A stretch of 64,000 bases of DNA from Chlamydiales bacterium (GCA_024233455.1 JACKPP010000001.1:92329-156328), one strand, 5' to 3'; numbered from the stretch's first letter, positions 10,243 to 20,916 are shown. Made by a program: numbers and translations. Notes: generated by a model from the letters alone, not told the origin.

Positions 10243-10580
10243 TTGGCACCGACATCATTGAGATCGAGCGCATACGTCAATCGATTGAAAAACACGGACA
10301 GCATTTTCTCGACCGTCTTTTTACCGCCAAAGAACAAGCTGATTGTAAATCCCATAAAAATCCTGAAATTCGTTTTGCCGGCCGATTTGCCGCCAAAGAA
10401 GCTATCGCCAAAGCTCTTGGCACCGGCATTGGAAAAGAGCTGTCTTGGCTAGATATTGAAATCATCAACGATGCAGCTGGACGCCCTCAAGCTACTCTTA
10501 CCAATAAAAAAACTGTGCATATTTCCATAAGCCATTGCAAATCTTACGCCACAGCAGTTGCAATGCTAATCCCAATTTAG
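10239..10580 (+). CDS. acpS: holo-[acyl-carrier-protein] synthase
   Basis: MIGTDIIEIERI...FAAKEAIAKALGTG AcpS signature; 4-nt overlap with upstream gene. Confidence 0.75.
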   Translation: MIGTDIIEIERIRQSIEKHGQHFLDRLFTAKEQADCKSHKNPEIRFAGRFAAKEAIAKALGTGIGKELSWLDIEIINDAAGRPQATLTNKKTVHISISHCKSYATAVAMLIPI

Positions 10581-10612
10581 TAAGATCTATCTCTTTTTAA
10601 GAGGAGTTAAAG

Positions 10613-12082
10613 ATGAAACTATTGGGATTTTGCCTTCTTGTCTCTATGGCATTTGCTGCCGAAAAAGATGCGTTATCTTTGAGTACCACACATGGCACCT
10701 GCCAAATCGATCAAAAAGATATCGCCTATACTGCACAGGCTGGAACGTATCTGATAAAAGATAACAAAGGCGATCCTCAAGCAGAAATATTCTTTGTCGC
10801 CTACACTAAAGACGGCGAAGATCCAAGCCAAAGACCAGTCACTTTTTGCTTTAATGGTGGTCCGGGATCGTCTTCGATTTGGCTGCATATGGGAGCATTA
10901 GGGCCCCGTAAAATCACAGTGAATGACCTCAAACCACAAGACTCTTTTTATGATTACCAAAATAATCCTCACTCTATTCTAGATCTAACAGACTTAATTT
11001 TTATCGACCCAGTATCAACAGGATATAGCCGGGCTGCCAAAGATGTGAGTCCTAAGCAATTTCATGGGATAGATGAAGACATTCAATCAGTTGGAGAATT
11101 CATTCGCCTGTATGTGTCCCGTAATGGACGGTGGAGTTCTCCAAAATATCTAGCAGGTGAAAGCTACGGCACTACCCGTGCAGCAGGACTTGTCGACTAT
11201 CTCCAAGATCGATTTAGCATGAGTTATACCGGCTTGATTTTAATATCGCCGGCATTAAATTTCCGCACACTAATGAGAGAAGATGATGGCAATGATTTAC
11301 CTTTTCAAACTTACCTGCCCACCTATAGCGCGCTGGCTTGGTACCACCAAAAGCTACCCCCTAACTGGCAAGAAAAAACATTACCTGAAGTGATTGCAGC
11401 ATCTAAAGACTTTGCCCAAGGGATCTATAACGATGCTTTAATGAGAGGCCATACGCTTACTGATGGCGCGCGCAGAGCTGTAGTGCAAAAGCTATCCGAT
11501 CTTACCAGCCTAAACGCAGATATTATCGAAAAACACAATTTACGCATTCAACCAACAGTCTTTTATAAAAAACTTTTAGGCCACTCCAACCGACGTATTG
11601 GGCGCATGGATGGACGCGTGGTCGGTGTTCCAGTAAAATCTTCCAGAAATCGTGACATCGATCCAAGCTTAGACGCTGTAGGTCGAGTTTTTAATGCTGG
11701 CTTTAACGATTACGTCCGCAACGAGCTGAAATGGGAAAAAGATGAGCGTTATGGTGTACTGGAGAACGTTTTCCCCTGGAATTTTCAACGTGGTGCATTA
11801 TTTGGATATCCAGCTACCGATAAAGATCTAACAAGGGCCATCACCAGTAACCCACAGTTGCAGGTTTTAGTAGCTTGCGGTTACTACGATTTGGCCACGC
11901 CCTTTTTCTCCACTGAGTACACCCTGAACCACCTGGAACTAGACCCATCTTTACTTGATCATTTCAAGATGACTTACTATCCAGCTGGACATATGATGTT
12001 CCTTCACCCTCCTAGTCTAAAAAAACTAAAGCGTAATATCAAGGAGTTTATGTTGTCTAAAAATGATGTGAACCACCCTTGA
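10613..12082 (+). CDS. secreted serine carboxypeptidase (peptidase S10 family)
   Basis: signal peptide; FCFNGGPGSSS and AGESYG catalytic-serine block typical of S10. Confidence 0.65.
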   Translation: MKLLGFCLLVSMAFAAEKDALSLSTTHGTCQIDQKDIAYTAQAGTYLIKDNKGDPQAEIFFVAYTKDGEDPSQRPVTFCFNGGPGSSSIWLHMGALGPRKITVNDLKPQDSFYDYQNNPHSILDLTDLIFIDPVSTGYSRAAKDVSPKQFHGIDEDIQSVGEFIRLYVSRNGRWSSPKYLAGESYGTTRAAGLVDYLQDRFSMSYTGLILISPALNFRTLMREDDGNDLPFQTYLPTYSALAWYHQKLPPNWQEKTLPEVIAASKDFAQGIYNDALMRGHTLTDGARRAVVQKLSDLTSLNADIIEKHNLRIQPTVFYKKLLGHSNRRIGRMDGRVVGVPVKSSRNRDIDPSLDAVGRVFNAGFNDYVRNELKWEKDERYGVLENVFPWNFQRGALFGYPATDKDLTRAITSNPQLQVLVACGYYDLATPFFSTEYTLNHLELDPSLLDHFKMTYYPAGHMMFLHPPSLKKLKRNIKEFMLSKNDVNHP

Positions 12083-12112
12083 CACCTGATTAAGGTCCTG
12101 TCAGACAAACGG

Positions 12113-13387
12113 TTATAGACTGCTTTGCAGAGGCGGATCGAAAATTTCCATGAGAGTTTGCCATCTTGCTTTTGAGTACCGCGTCCGGTAGGGAGCAATG
12201 AGGTCTACTGGAGCTTGTCCTGTTTGGTTTACCTCATGCAGAAGACCTTGCAATTGTAGAAACCGTAGATCGCCAAGTGCTAAATTGCCATTGCGGCCAA
12301 AAATAGTGACATCTAAGTCCACAACTAGTCTTAAATTAGCGTTTGGATCTTGGATACAAATCCCCTGACGACTACACAGCCTCGCAATCTCCCGAGTTGC
12401 ATGAGTTAATTTTTCACATCTACAGGCAATCTTTGTTACCTCAGATGCATAGGTTAAATTCAATGTCTTAAATTTTTTGGCTAGTCCATTTGCATCAGCT
12501 TCCACCCGTTCTAAATCGTTACTTAAAGTGCGCGGCCTTTTTTTGATGATCCGATCAACACCTTTTAGCACATCATAATCCTTAAATTTGCAAATAGCTG
12601 CCGCGGGATCTATAAAAGCTGCAGGACCAAATACCTGGTCTAACCGGCGAAACTGACATTGTGTTTGTATGAAGTCCAAATGCCTAACTACCAGATGAGC
12701 AAAGCTGTCTCCGTTTGAGCGTCTTCGGCTAAGATCTAATCCAGCACTTTTCCAGCTCTTGATACTAAAACGCAGGGGGTATAGATAGTCTACCAACGCA
12801 AAAACTTCGTCATCTGAAAGCTTTTTTATTACTTGGGTTAAACAGCGTTTAGGAAGGCTCTTGACGTAGCGCGATAAAGCATACAGCAACATCCAATCTT
12901 TATTAATCTGAGGAAGAAAGTGCCAATGAACATGTGTGTGAATTTGATCCAAAAAGGCGCACAAGATACCAACGGGATTTGCAGTCAGCCTATAATGAGA
13001 TAATTCATAGACTTGTGCATCTAGTCTTTTAGATAGCGCCTGGAGGATTTGCTCATCATGAGGTAGAATACGCATCACATCAATAAATGCATCGTCTGTT
13101 TCTGCCTTGAAATCTGTAGCTTTTGCCTGATTAGCGCAAATGCGCTTGGCAGACAGTAGCGCTTTTTGATAAGTATTTAGATCACCATCTATAGACGTAA
13201 TGATTGGAAAACGCACCCGTAAGGCATCTAACACACCTACATATAGAGACGGTTCCCTGGCAACTCGACAAAACCGCACACATACCTGCTGGACTTTAGC
13301 TAAGTCCCCAAGGGGAAGATGACTGCAAACGCGCAAGAGAGTTTCATCGGGAAGAGTAATGACAGACAACGTTGTAAGAGCCCTCAC
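12113..13387 (-). CDS. F-box domain-containing protein (eukaryotic-like; candidate effector)
   Basis: N-terminus ITLPDETLLRVCSHLPLGDLAKVQQVCVRFCRV fits the F-box consensus LPxEIL..I...L...DL.....VCK.W..V; rest of the 424-aa protein has no recognisable domain. Confidence 0.55.
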   Translation of the reverse strand: MRALTTLSVITLPDETLLRVCSHLPLGDLAKVQQVCVRFCRVAREPSLYVGVLDALRVRFPIITSIDGDLNTYQKALLSAKRICANQAKATDFKAETDDAFIDVMRILPHDEQILQALSKRLDAQVYELSHYRLTANPVGILCAFLDQIHTHVHWHFLPQINKDWMLLYALSRYVKSLPKRCLTQVIKKLSDDEVFALVDYLYPLRFSIKSWKSAGLDLSRRRSNGDSFAHLVVRHLDFIQTQCQFRRLDQVFGPAAFIDPAAAICKFKDYDVLKGVDRIIKKRPRTLSNDLERVEADANGLAKKFKTLNLTYASEVTKIACRCEKLTHATREIARLCSRQGICIQDPNANLRLVVDLDVTIFGRNGNLALGDLRFLQLQGLLHEVNQTGQAPVDLIAPYRTRYSKARWQTLMEIFDPPLQSSL

Positions 13388-13409
13388 ACAAATTTTTTAG
13401 GAAGATATC

Positions 13410-14216
13410 CTAGAAAATTGAAAAAGGCAAGCGGTATTCAACGCGCACTGTATGAGCGTATTCGGGATAATTTCTGGCAAAGACGCGGAAGGCATAAGAG
13501 GCTGATAAGGCTCCCCAGACGTTAAAATGGTAGCGGTAAAGCGCTCCAATATCGATGGACTGGTGGCTTAGGTTGGCATAAGAATGAAAACGATCAACGT
13601 TGACTCCTTCTCGACTCCCAAGTCCAAAATAACCTTCTCCAAACACTTGTAGCAGGTGCTTGTTATCTGCATTACCCTCAATATTAAGAAGCGCAGAAAT
13701 CCAAGGAGCTCCTCTATTGCCGATGCCAGCACCAAATAGACCCCAAACGCGAAATAGCCAGTTGTGGAGCTGATCGATCTCTTTTCCCAAGGCGGTATTG
13801 ATCTCTAAGTTGAGGTTAGCGTGATAGGGAATACTGACATCGTCTAAAAAGTGACTGCTTGCGCTGCGAACAATGCCACCTATGGTCCAGCTAAACGGAT
13901 CGCCAGCAACATCGTCTAGCAATAGGTAACGTAGATAGAATGCCGTCGACAGATATGACCAGGAGTGTTTGCGTGTATTGGCAAAATTGATTTCAATTTG
14001 CCCATCCCAAGCGGCAAGAGGTGAAATGCCCAGGCCCGTTTCCAGCCATTGATCTGTCGAGGAGTAATGGGTTGGATTATATCCCTTGTCAACAGTGTTG
14101 TAGTGACGCCAGGTGTAGCTATTTCTCCATTCAAATTCAAAGAGTTTCCCAAACCATGGTTGGTAGTCAAAAGCCATCAGTGAAAAAGAGCAGAAACAAA
14201 GGACCAGGAATCTCAC
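13410..14216 (-). CDS. outer-membrane beta-barrel protein
   Basis: signal peptide [16 protein letters not shown], alternating aromatic/hydrophilic beta-strand pattern, C-terminal ...YRLPFSIF with terminal Phe. Confidence 0.45.
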   Translation of the reverse strand: MRFLVLCFCSFSLMAFDYQPWFGKLFEFEWRNSYTWRHYNTVDKGYNPTHYSSTDQWLETGLGISPLAAWDGQIEINFANTRKHSWSYLSTAFYLRYLLLDDVAGDPFSWTIGGIVRSASSHFLDDVSIPYHANLNLEINTALGKEIDQLHNWLFRVWGLFGAGIGNRGAPWISALLNIEGNADNKHLLQVFGEGYFGLGSREGVNVDRFHSYANLSHQSIDIGALYRYHFNVWGALSASYAFRVFARNYPEYAHTVRVEYRLPFSIF

Positions 14217-15163
14217 ACAATCCCTTTAAGAGTGAGCCAACGCTCTGCGTCGAGTGCTGCCATACAACCACTGCCCGCTGCTGATACCGCCTGCCTATAG
14301 ACGTAGTCGTAGACATCTCCAGCACCAAAAACTCCCTCCACGCTAGTTTGAGTCCCTCCAGGCTTTACGTTTAGATAGCCGTTGTCATGAGTAGCAAGCT
14401 GGCCATTTAAAAAGTCAGTATTGGGCTTATGACCAATAGCGAAAAATAAACCACCTGCTTGGCGCTTTTCTTCTTGTTGGGTTTTGACATTTTGAATTGT
14501 CACTGATCTTACCACGTTATCCCCTTCTACCTTGGAGATAACGCTATCGTACAGGACTTCGATTTTGGGATGCTCTGTAGCGCGTTGAGCCATGATTTTT
14601 GAGGCGCGTAGTTCATCACGCCGGTGCACCAGATAAACTTTGGAGGCGTACTTTGTCAGGAAGATAGCTTCTTCCATAGCAGTGTCGCCGCCGCCAACAA
14701 CGTAGAGATCTTTATCGCGAAAAATTGGCATAGCCCCGTCGCATACCGCGCAAGCTGTTACACCCTTTTGCCAAAATTCTCCATCACCAGCACCGGGAAT
14801 CTCAAGGCGTTTAGCAGTAGCTCCCGTGGCGATAATAACTGATTCGGCTTGAACTTGGGTTTTGCTTCCAATAATAGTAAACGGACGCTTTGAAAAATCC
14901 ACTTCCTTGACATCTTCGGTGAGAATTTCGGTGCCAAAACGCAAAGCTTGCTCCCGGAATGCCTGCATCAAATCAGGTCCTGTTATTCCTTTAGGAAATC
15001 CAGGATAGTTTTCAACTTCGGTGGTAGTCATGAGCTGGCCACCAGCTGGCCCCGAAAAGAATCCTTCAAAAAGCAGTGGTTTTAAGTTAGCCCGCGCTGC
15101 GTAAATTGCAGCAGTGAAGCCTGCTGGCCCCGATCCAATGATGACAAGAGTGCGTTTTTCCAT
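14213..15163 (-). CDS. trxB: thioredoxin reductase
   Basis: FAD motif [16 protein letters not shown], redox-active CAVCDG, NADPH motif; start at [10 protein letters not shown]. Confidence 0.85.
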   Translation of the reverse strand: MEKRTLVIIGSGPAGFTAAIYAARANLKPLLFEGFFSGPAGGQLMTTTEVENYPGFPKGITGPDLMQAFREQALRFGTEILTEDVKEVDFSKRPFTIIGSKTQVQAESVIIATGATAKRLEIPGAGDGEFWQKGVTACAVCDGAMPIFRDKDLYVVGGGDTAMEEAIFLTKYASKVYLVHRRDELRASKIMAQRATEHPKIEVLYDSVISKVEGDNVVRSVTIQNVKTQQEEKRQAGGLFFAIGHKPNTDFLNGQLATHDNGYLNVKPGGTQTSVEGVFGAGDVYDYVYRQAVSAAGSGCMAALDAERWLTLKGIV

Positions 15164-15258
15164 AACATGGCGATCATAGCGATTTAAGTTGGAATAACGC
15201 AAGTTTTTATTGGCTTCTTCGGCAAATTTTGTTAGACTGGTCTTAAAGTAGGTAAGGC

Positions 15259-16158
15259 ATGCTATCGAGATATCTTGATCCCAAAAATGACTTAGCGTTC
15301 AAGAGAATTTTCGGAGAAGAAAGACATAAGCGCCTTCCCATTGCCTTTTTGAACGCAGTCTTTAATCTAAGCGGCCAAAACGCCATCGTTGATTTAGAGT
15401 TTTTGTCTACCGTTCAACCACCTGAAGTTGAAGCGCGCAAAGAAAGTATCGTTGATGTTTTAGTCAGAGACCTTGCAGGAACCAAGTACATCATTGAAAT
15501 GCAAGTTGCTAAAGTGGAGGGTTTTGAAAAGAGGGCGCAATTTTACGCCGCTAAAACTTACTGCGCGCATTTCAATACTGGCAAACCTTATGGCGATCTG
15601 AAAAAGGTCATTTTTTTAGCAATCACCTCTTATGTGGTTTTTCCTGAAAAGGAAGGTTTTAAATCTGACCACGTTATTCTGGATAATAAAACGTATGAAA
15701 ACGATTTAAAGGATTTTTCGTTCACATTTGTGGAGCTTCCCAAATTCACTAAAACCATTAATCAACTAGAGAGTTTGGAAGATCAATGGTACTACTTTCT
15801 AAAACACGCGCAGGATGATAAAACCATTGGTGAAATTCTAACTGCCAACCCCGATATTAAGGAAGCTTATGACATTGTTGATCGCATCCACTGGTCTGAA
15901 CAGGACTTAGAAGTCTATGACCGGGTTGGCATGTCAGCAGCTGATGCCCAAGGTGCGATAATAGCTGCTAAAAAAGATGGCTATAAAGAGGGACACGAAG
16001 AAGGTATCAAAGAAGGCATCAAAGAAGGTATCAAAGAAGGACAGATCGAGATTGCTAAGAACTTAATCGCTATGGGATTGCTTCTTAGTCAGATCAAAGC
16101 AGCTACTGGTCTAACCGAGCAAGATATCAAAAGCATCCAGGACGCTGATTCTCGGTAA
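15259..16158 (+). CDS. Rpn-family PD-(D/E)XK nuclease / putative transposase (TIGR01784-like)
   Basis: N-terminus [21 protein letters not shown] and IIEMQV...FEKRAQFY blocks typical of the Rpn/YhgA family; C-terminal (EGIK)n repeat. Confidence 0.6.
   Translation: MLSRYLDPKNDLAFKRIFGEERHKRLPIAFLNAVFNLSGQNAIVDLEFLSTVQPPEVEARKESIVDVLVRDLAGTKYIIEMQVAKVEGFEKRAQFYAAKTYCAHFNTGKPYGDLKKVIFLAITSYVVFPEKEGFKSDHVILDNKTYENDLKDFSFTFVELPKFTKTINQLESLEDQWYYFLKHAQDDKTIGEILTANPDIKEAYDIVDRIHWSEQDLEVYDRVGMSAADAQGAIIAAKKDGYKEGHEEGIKEGIKEGIKEGQIEIAKNLIAMGLLLSQIKAATGLTEQDIKSIQDADSR
16000..16041 (+). repeat. in-frame 12-bp tandem repeat (gaaggYatcaaa x3.5) encoding [14 protein letters not shown]
   Basis: seen directly in sequence inside the Rpn-family gene. 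Confidence 0.7.
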
Positions 16159-16216
16159 ATTACATAAGAAATTTTTGACTCTATATAATTATGTAAAATA
16201 GTGTATAATCGAACCC

Positions 16217-17311
16217 ATGCGAAGTATTGTCTTAAAAGGTGTTAAAAAGTCGATTAGCTCAAGCTTTCTGCTGGACGAAATTGACCTCACTATCCCAGCT
16301 GGAGAGTTTTTTGCTCTGCTGGGTCCCAGCGGATGTGGAAAAACCACTTTATTGCGACTGATTGGCGGCTTTGAGAAAGTAGACTCAGGAAAAATTTTTC
16401 TTGGCGATACCGACATTACTGACTTGCCAATTCATGAGCGCAATATCAATACAGTTTTTCAAAATTACGCTCTTTTTCCCCATCTTAACGTCTATGACAA
16501 TATCGCTTATAGCATGCGCATAGAAGGACGCCCACGCCATCAAATAAAAAATAAAGTTGAACGTTTGCTGCATGCTTTTCACCTAGAAGACCACGCCTAC
16601 AAAACGCCTAACCAACTTTCTGGCGGACAGCAGCAGCGCGTGGCCATTGCTAGAGCAATTTTAAACGAGCCAGATATCCTGCTTTTTGATGAGCCCTTAG
16701 CAGCACTCGACTTTAAACTCCGAGAAAGGCTTCTTTTAGAGCTTATTGAGCTGCAGGATGAATTACAAACCACTTTCGTCTACGTCACCCACGATCAATT
16801 TGAGGCGCTTACTGTAGCAGACCACATGGCAATCATGAATCACAAAGGTGAAATCGTTCAAATCGGTACACCCAAAGACATTTACGAGTTCCCCACTAGC
16901 TCTTTTGTCGCTAAATTTGTCGGTACAACCAACATCGTTCACGGCATTTTACGCGACATCGATAAAAAACCCTGCGTTGAGGTGCCAGAGCTTGGCTTCC
17001 ATGAAATTTTTGTTCCTCAAAAGCGAGAGTGGATGCGCGATGGGGGTAAAATTACCATGAGCATCCGCCCAGAAAAAATATTTATCTCTAAAAAACCTGA
17101 CGTCTACAACTTTTCTAATACAACGAAAGGTTCAGTTCACTCGATTGTCTACCACGGTAGGTCGACTCAGTACAACATCCTTTTGCCCAACCAAATGCTG
17201 CTGCAGGTCTTCGAGCAAAATGAAGAACATTTTCCCCAAGAGCATATCGACTACGATGACGAGGTCTATCTATACTGGCAAAAAGAAAACGTCGTCTTAT
17301 TGGAGTGCTAG
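16217..17311 (+). CDS. potA: spermidine/putrescine ABC transporter ATP-binding protein
   Basis: Walker A GPSGCGKTT, ABC signature LSGGQQQRVAIARA, Walker B LLFDEPL; C-terminal TOBE-like domain. Confidence 0.8.
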   Translation: MRSIVLKGVKKSISSSFLLDEIDLTIPAGEFFALLGPSGCGKTTLLRLIGGFEKVDSGKIFLGDTDITDLPIHERNINTVFQNYALFPHLNVYDNIAYSMRIEGRPRHQIKNKVERLLHAFHLEDHAYKTPNQLSGGQQQRVAIARAILNEPDILLFDEPLAALDFKLRERLLLELIELQDELQTTFVYVTHDQFEALTVADHMAIMNHKGEIVQIGTPKDIYEFPTSSFVAKFVGTTNIVHGILRDIDKKPCVEVPELGFHEIFVPQKREWMRDGGKITMSIRPEKIFISKKPDVYNFSNTTKGSVHSIVYHGRSTQYNILLPNQMLLQVFEQNEEHFPQEHIDYDDEVYLYWQKENVVLLEC

Positions 17312-18166
17312 ATGAAAAAGCACATTCCTTTTGCCATTGGTTCTCCGGCCCTAATTTGGCAGGTCCTTTTTTTTTACTTACCTCTTGTGATTCTAATTTT
17401 TTCTAGCTTCTTAGGTGGTGAACGCACAACTGGGTGGGGACACTTTACCCTAGATAATTTTAAGCCCCTATTAAAACCATCCTACCTAGGCATCATGTTC
17501 AGCTCCCTTATTTTAGCTATTTCAACGGCCACAATTTGCCTTTGTATCGCCTATCCTTTGGCCTACTTTATTGCATTTTCAGCCAAGCGATTCAAAACAC
17601 TACTGTTGTTTCTATTAGTGGTTCCCTTCTGGACTAATTTTTTGTTGCACGTCTCAGCCTGGTTTTTTGTGTTGGAGCGTGGCGGGTTTTTAAATAATTT
17701 GCTGCTAAATTTAGGTTTGATTAAAGAGCCCATCCATCTACTCAACTCCTGGTTTGCAGTCGCCCTTATGATGATCTACTACTACCTGCCATTCATGGTG
17801 CTCCCTATCTATTCAGCTTTAGAGCGTTTTGACAAACGCCTCGTAGAAGCCTCATTGGATTTAGGGGCTAATTTTAGACAAACATTTCTGGGTGTGATTT
17901 TGCCTCTTACAATGCCTGCTGTCACCGTCGGTCTTTTCCTTGTTTTCATTCCAGCCTTCGGCGAATTTATCATTCCTGAAGTCATGGGGGGGGACAAATT
18001 TTTCTTTGTGGGTAATGTAGTCACTCAATACATTTTAGGTGAAACAACAGTGGCACTCGGCGCTGCTTTTACCCTTTTAAGCTGCCTATTCCTTTTGGCC
18101 AGTTGCTCTGGCCTCTATTACGGACTCAAACTCTTCAAAAAACTCCTAATTAGGAGATATACATGA
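17312..18166 (+). CDS. potB: spermidine/putrescine ABC transporter permease
   Basis: 6-TM permease immediately after potA. Confidence 0.7.
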   Translation: MKKHIPFAIGSPALIWQVLFFYLPLVILIFSSFLGGERTTGWGHFTLDNFKPLLKPSYLGIMFSSLILAISTATICLCIAYPLAYFIAFSAKRFKTLLLFLLVVPFWTNFLLHVSAWFFVLERGGFLNNLLLNLGLIKEPIHLLNSWFAVALMMIYYYLPFMVLPIYSALERFDKRLVEASLDLGANFRQTFLGVILPLTMPAVTVGLFLVFIPAFGEFIIPEVMGGDKFFFVGNVVTQYILGETTVALGAAFTLLSCLFLLASCSGLYYGLKLFKKLLIRRYT

Positions 18167-18918
18167 AGCGTTTACTAGTGGCTCTTACCTATCTTTTCCT
18201 CTATGTTCCCATCGTAGTACTGATCGTATTTTCATTTAACAGTAAGAGTTTCCCAGCCCCTTGGGATAGCTTTACCTTTCATTGGTATCACGAACTTTTT
18301 CATTCCAAAGACCTGTGGGTAGCCTTTTCTAACTCTCTGGTCATAGCACTGACTTCCACTTTTATCAGCCTGACCATGAGCGTTCTGCTTATCTTTTTTC
18401 GAGCAAGTGGAGGCAAAGTCGGAAAATTCCTCGCCCTTTATTACGGGAATCTAATCATCCCTGAGACGGTTTTAGCTGTGGGGCTACTAGGATATTTTAC
18501 CATGCTCAACATACCGCTGGGCATGCCAACATTGATTGCGGCTCATACCGTTTTAGGCCTAGGCTTTGTCATCCCAGTGCTCTACTCGCGCTATGTATCA
18601 TTGGATCCACGCCTGGTCGAGGCATCGCTAGATCTCGGCGCCAGCCCGCTCCAAACCTTCTTTAAAATCACGCTACCTCTTTTACGCCCTTCTATGATTG
18701 CCACAGGTCTACTCATTTTCATTATTTCTTTTGATGATTTCATTCTTTCTTATTTTTGCGCCGGATCCAATATCCAAACCCTCTCCCTCTATTTGCTTGC
18801 AGTTATCCGCTCGGGACTTAGCCCTGTGGTCAATGCTCTATCAGCGGTCCTCTTCCTTTTTAGTTGCGGTCTAGTCATGCTCTTTTTCTCACCCAAAATT
18901 CGTTCGAGGATATTTTAA
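18163..18918 (+). CDS. potC: spermidine/putrescine ABC transporter permease
   Basis: 6-TM permease with EAS-loop-like DPRLVEASLDLGAS; 4-nt overlap with potB. Confidence 0.7.
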   Translation: MKRLLVALTYLFLYVPIVVLIVFSFNSKSFPAPWDSFTFHWYHELFHSKDLWVAFSNSLVIALTSTFISLTMSVLLIFFRASGGKVGKFLALYYGNLIIPETVLAVGLLGYFTMLNIPLGMPTLIAAHTVLGLGFVIPVLYSRYVSLDPRLVEASLDLGASPLQTFFKITLPLLRPSMIATGLLIFIISFDDFILSYFCAGSNIQTLSLYLLAVIRSGLSPVVNALSAVLFLFSCGLVMLFFSPKIRSRIF

Positions 18919-19985
18919 TGCAAAAACGTAAAGAGCCCCTATTAGGTATTCGCATCTTTTTGGTATTTTTCTGGGTGGTATTCATTTTCTTTCTTTTATA
19001 TGCACCAAACTTTGGTGAAACCTCCTCAGGCCGCACACTGCATATTTTCACCTGGAGTGACTTATTTGATGAACAAACTATACGCAATTTTGAAAAAGAC
19101 ACCGGAATCAACGTACACTTTAACTATTACGACTCCAATGAAGAACTCCTGGTCAAGCTCAAGGCCACTAAGGGCCACGGCCACGATCTGATCATACCCT
19201 CCGACTACTCCACCAAAATTCTCATTGAACAAGAGCTGATCAAACCCATCGACTACAGCCGTATAGACTTTAAAAATAGGCTACTACCAGAGCTATTAAA
19301 TCACGACTTTGACCCCGATAATATCTACTCTATGCCTTTAAACTGGGAAGTGTATGGATTTACCTACGATAAAGAACACTTTAAAGGGAAACTTCAAAAC
19401 CCTAACTGGAACCACATTTTCCAACCCAAAAATTACCGTATTGCCATGACCAATGACCCCGTTGAGGCCTTCAATATGGCCTCCTTTCACCTCCATGGGA
19501 AACAACAACATCTCACCTCCTCTCAGACCTCCATCGTCCGTGATACCCTCACCAGCCAAAAAAAGTATATCGAGGCTTATGGCAGCTTCCGCATCACCTA
19601 TCTTATCGCCACTAAAAACTGTCCCCTTGCAATTTCCTCTAGCTCGTATAGTTTTCGCATGTTCGATGAATACCCAATCCTTGGCTTTGCCATTCCCAAA
19701 GAAGGCACCTTCGTATCCATTGAAAATATCGCCATTCCCGCACAAACCGAAAATGATGACCTCATCTACACTTTCCTAAACTACGTCTACCGTCAAGATA
19801 ACATTCAAAGGCGATGCGCCTTCTACGCTCAATTTCCTCCAACTCGAGACGGTTTGCCCACTTTACATCCAGATTATATCCAAACTTTCCACAATGCTCT
19901 GAAAAGCTTTCCTGAATTTTGCTTCTTCCGTCACCTAGCTCCCGAGCAAACCTTGCGAGATATTTGGATTGACGTTAAATCGTAA
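18918..19985 (+). CDS. potD: spermidine/putrescine ABC transporter substrate-binding protein
   Basis: N-terminal TM/signal anchor then PBP2-like fold (LHIFTWSDLFDEQ); TAATG overlap with potC; start at MQKRKE. Confidence 0.65.
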   Translation: MQKRKEPLLGIRIFLVFFWVVFIFFLLYAPNFGETSSGRTLHIFTWSDLFDEQTIRNFEKDTGINVHFNYYDSNEELLVKLKATKGHGHDLIIPSDYSTKILIEQELIKPIDYSRIDFKNRLLPELLNHDFDPDNIYSMPLNWEVYGFTYDKEHFKGKLQNPNWNHIFQPKNYRIAMTNDPVEAFNMASFHLHGKQQHLTSSQTSIVRDTLTSQKKYIEAYGSFRITYLIATKNCPLAISSSSYSFRMFDEYPILGFAIPKEGTFVSIENIAIPAQTENDDLIYTFLNYVYRQDNIQRRCAFYAQFPPTRDGLPTLHPDYIQTFHNALKSFPEFCFFRHLAPEQTLRDIWIDVKS

Positions 19986-20003
19986 AATACTCATAATAAG
20001 TCT

Positions 20004-20909
20004 ATGCTGTGTGAAATGGAGTTTACAACTGACGCTAGAGGCCAAGAAATTCTTCTAAAAGATGGGGAATTCCAGGTCATGATGGAATGGGAAAAACCCT
20101 ATATGCAGGCCTGTATCGATATGCTTCAGCCCTCTGGAGATGTGCTAGAAATTGGCTTTGGCCTCGGCTACTCTGCCAACGCCATTCAAACGCATAATCC
20201 CAGCACCCACACCATTATTGAATACCACCCCGTAGTCGCAAAAAAAGCGCGCGAGTGGGCCCAAGATAAACCTAATGTGCGCATTGTAGAAGGCACATGG
20301 CAAGAAGTCCTTCCAACTCTTGGCAAATACGATGCTATCTTCTTCGACGATTACCCTTTAGAAAGCGCTGCTGATGTGGCTGCTTGTAAATCTGCAGAAG
20401 CTATAGCTTCGGGCAACTTGAAAGAAATAGATGCTATTCAAAAAGAAGTGGCTCAGTTTAAGCCCAAAGCCTACACCGATGCTGATCTCCAATTTCTATT
20501 CGATAACATGAAAGATACAAGCCACTTACCTGGCTCTTTTTACCAAAAATTCTTTACCAATCTTCTGAACCAAAACGAAATCACTGCTGATCAATTCTCC
20601 TGGGTCCAGAACCAGCTTAATCTGCGGGGCATCGTCTTAGAAGACCCACCGCAAAGGCGGGGGCCTGGTGATCGCCTTCTCCAGTTCTTAGAGCCCTGCC
20701 TAAAAAACCATCTTAAGACGCATGGACGCTTCTCCTGCTATCTAGAGCGCACCGAGTCTCTCTACCAAGAAAAAGCTTTCAAAAAGCTCATTATCAACAA
20801 TCCCTTTCTTGACTACCAAGAGAAAACCATCTCGATTACGCCCTCTCCCCTCTGCAAGTACTTTACGCACAATGAAGCCATTGTCATGAAAATCACCAAG
20901 CTTTCTTAA
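20004..20909 (+). CDS. SAM-dependent methyltransferase, guanidinoacetate N-methyltransferase / RMT2-like N-domain with unknown C-terminal half
   Basis: residues about 20-125 align by eye to human GAMT (MERWETPYMHALAAAAS..GGRVLEVGFGMAIAASKVQ...[27 protein letters not shown] versus MMEWEKPYMQACIDMLQPSGDVLEIGFGLGYSANAIQ...GTWQEVLPTLGKYDAIFFDDYPLES). Confidence 0.55.
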   Translation: MLCEMEFTTDARGQEILLKDGEFQVMMEWEKPYMQACIDMLQPSGDVLEIGFGLGYSANAIQTHNPSTHTIIEYHPVVAKKAREWAQDKPNVRIVEGTWQEVLPTLGKYDAIFFDDYPLESAADVAACKSAEAIASGNLKEIDAIQKEVAQFKPKAYTDADLQFLFDNMKDTSHLPGSFYQKFFTNLLNQNEITADQFSWVQNQLNLRGIVLEDPPQRRGPGDRLLQFLEPCLKNHLKTHGRFSCYLERTESLYQEKAFKKLIINNPFLDYQEKTISITPSPLCKYFTHNEAIVMKITKLS

Positions 20910-20916
20910 ACTGACC

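Noticed and set aside
16175-16209. sigma70-like promoter (TTGACT ... TATAAT) upstream of potA
   Set aside because: The hexamers are 23 nt apart (too long), and TATAAT ends only 7 nt before the start codon. It is not convincing without transcript data.
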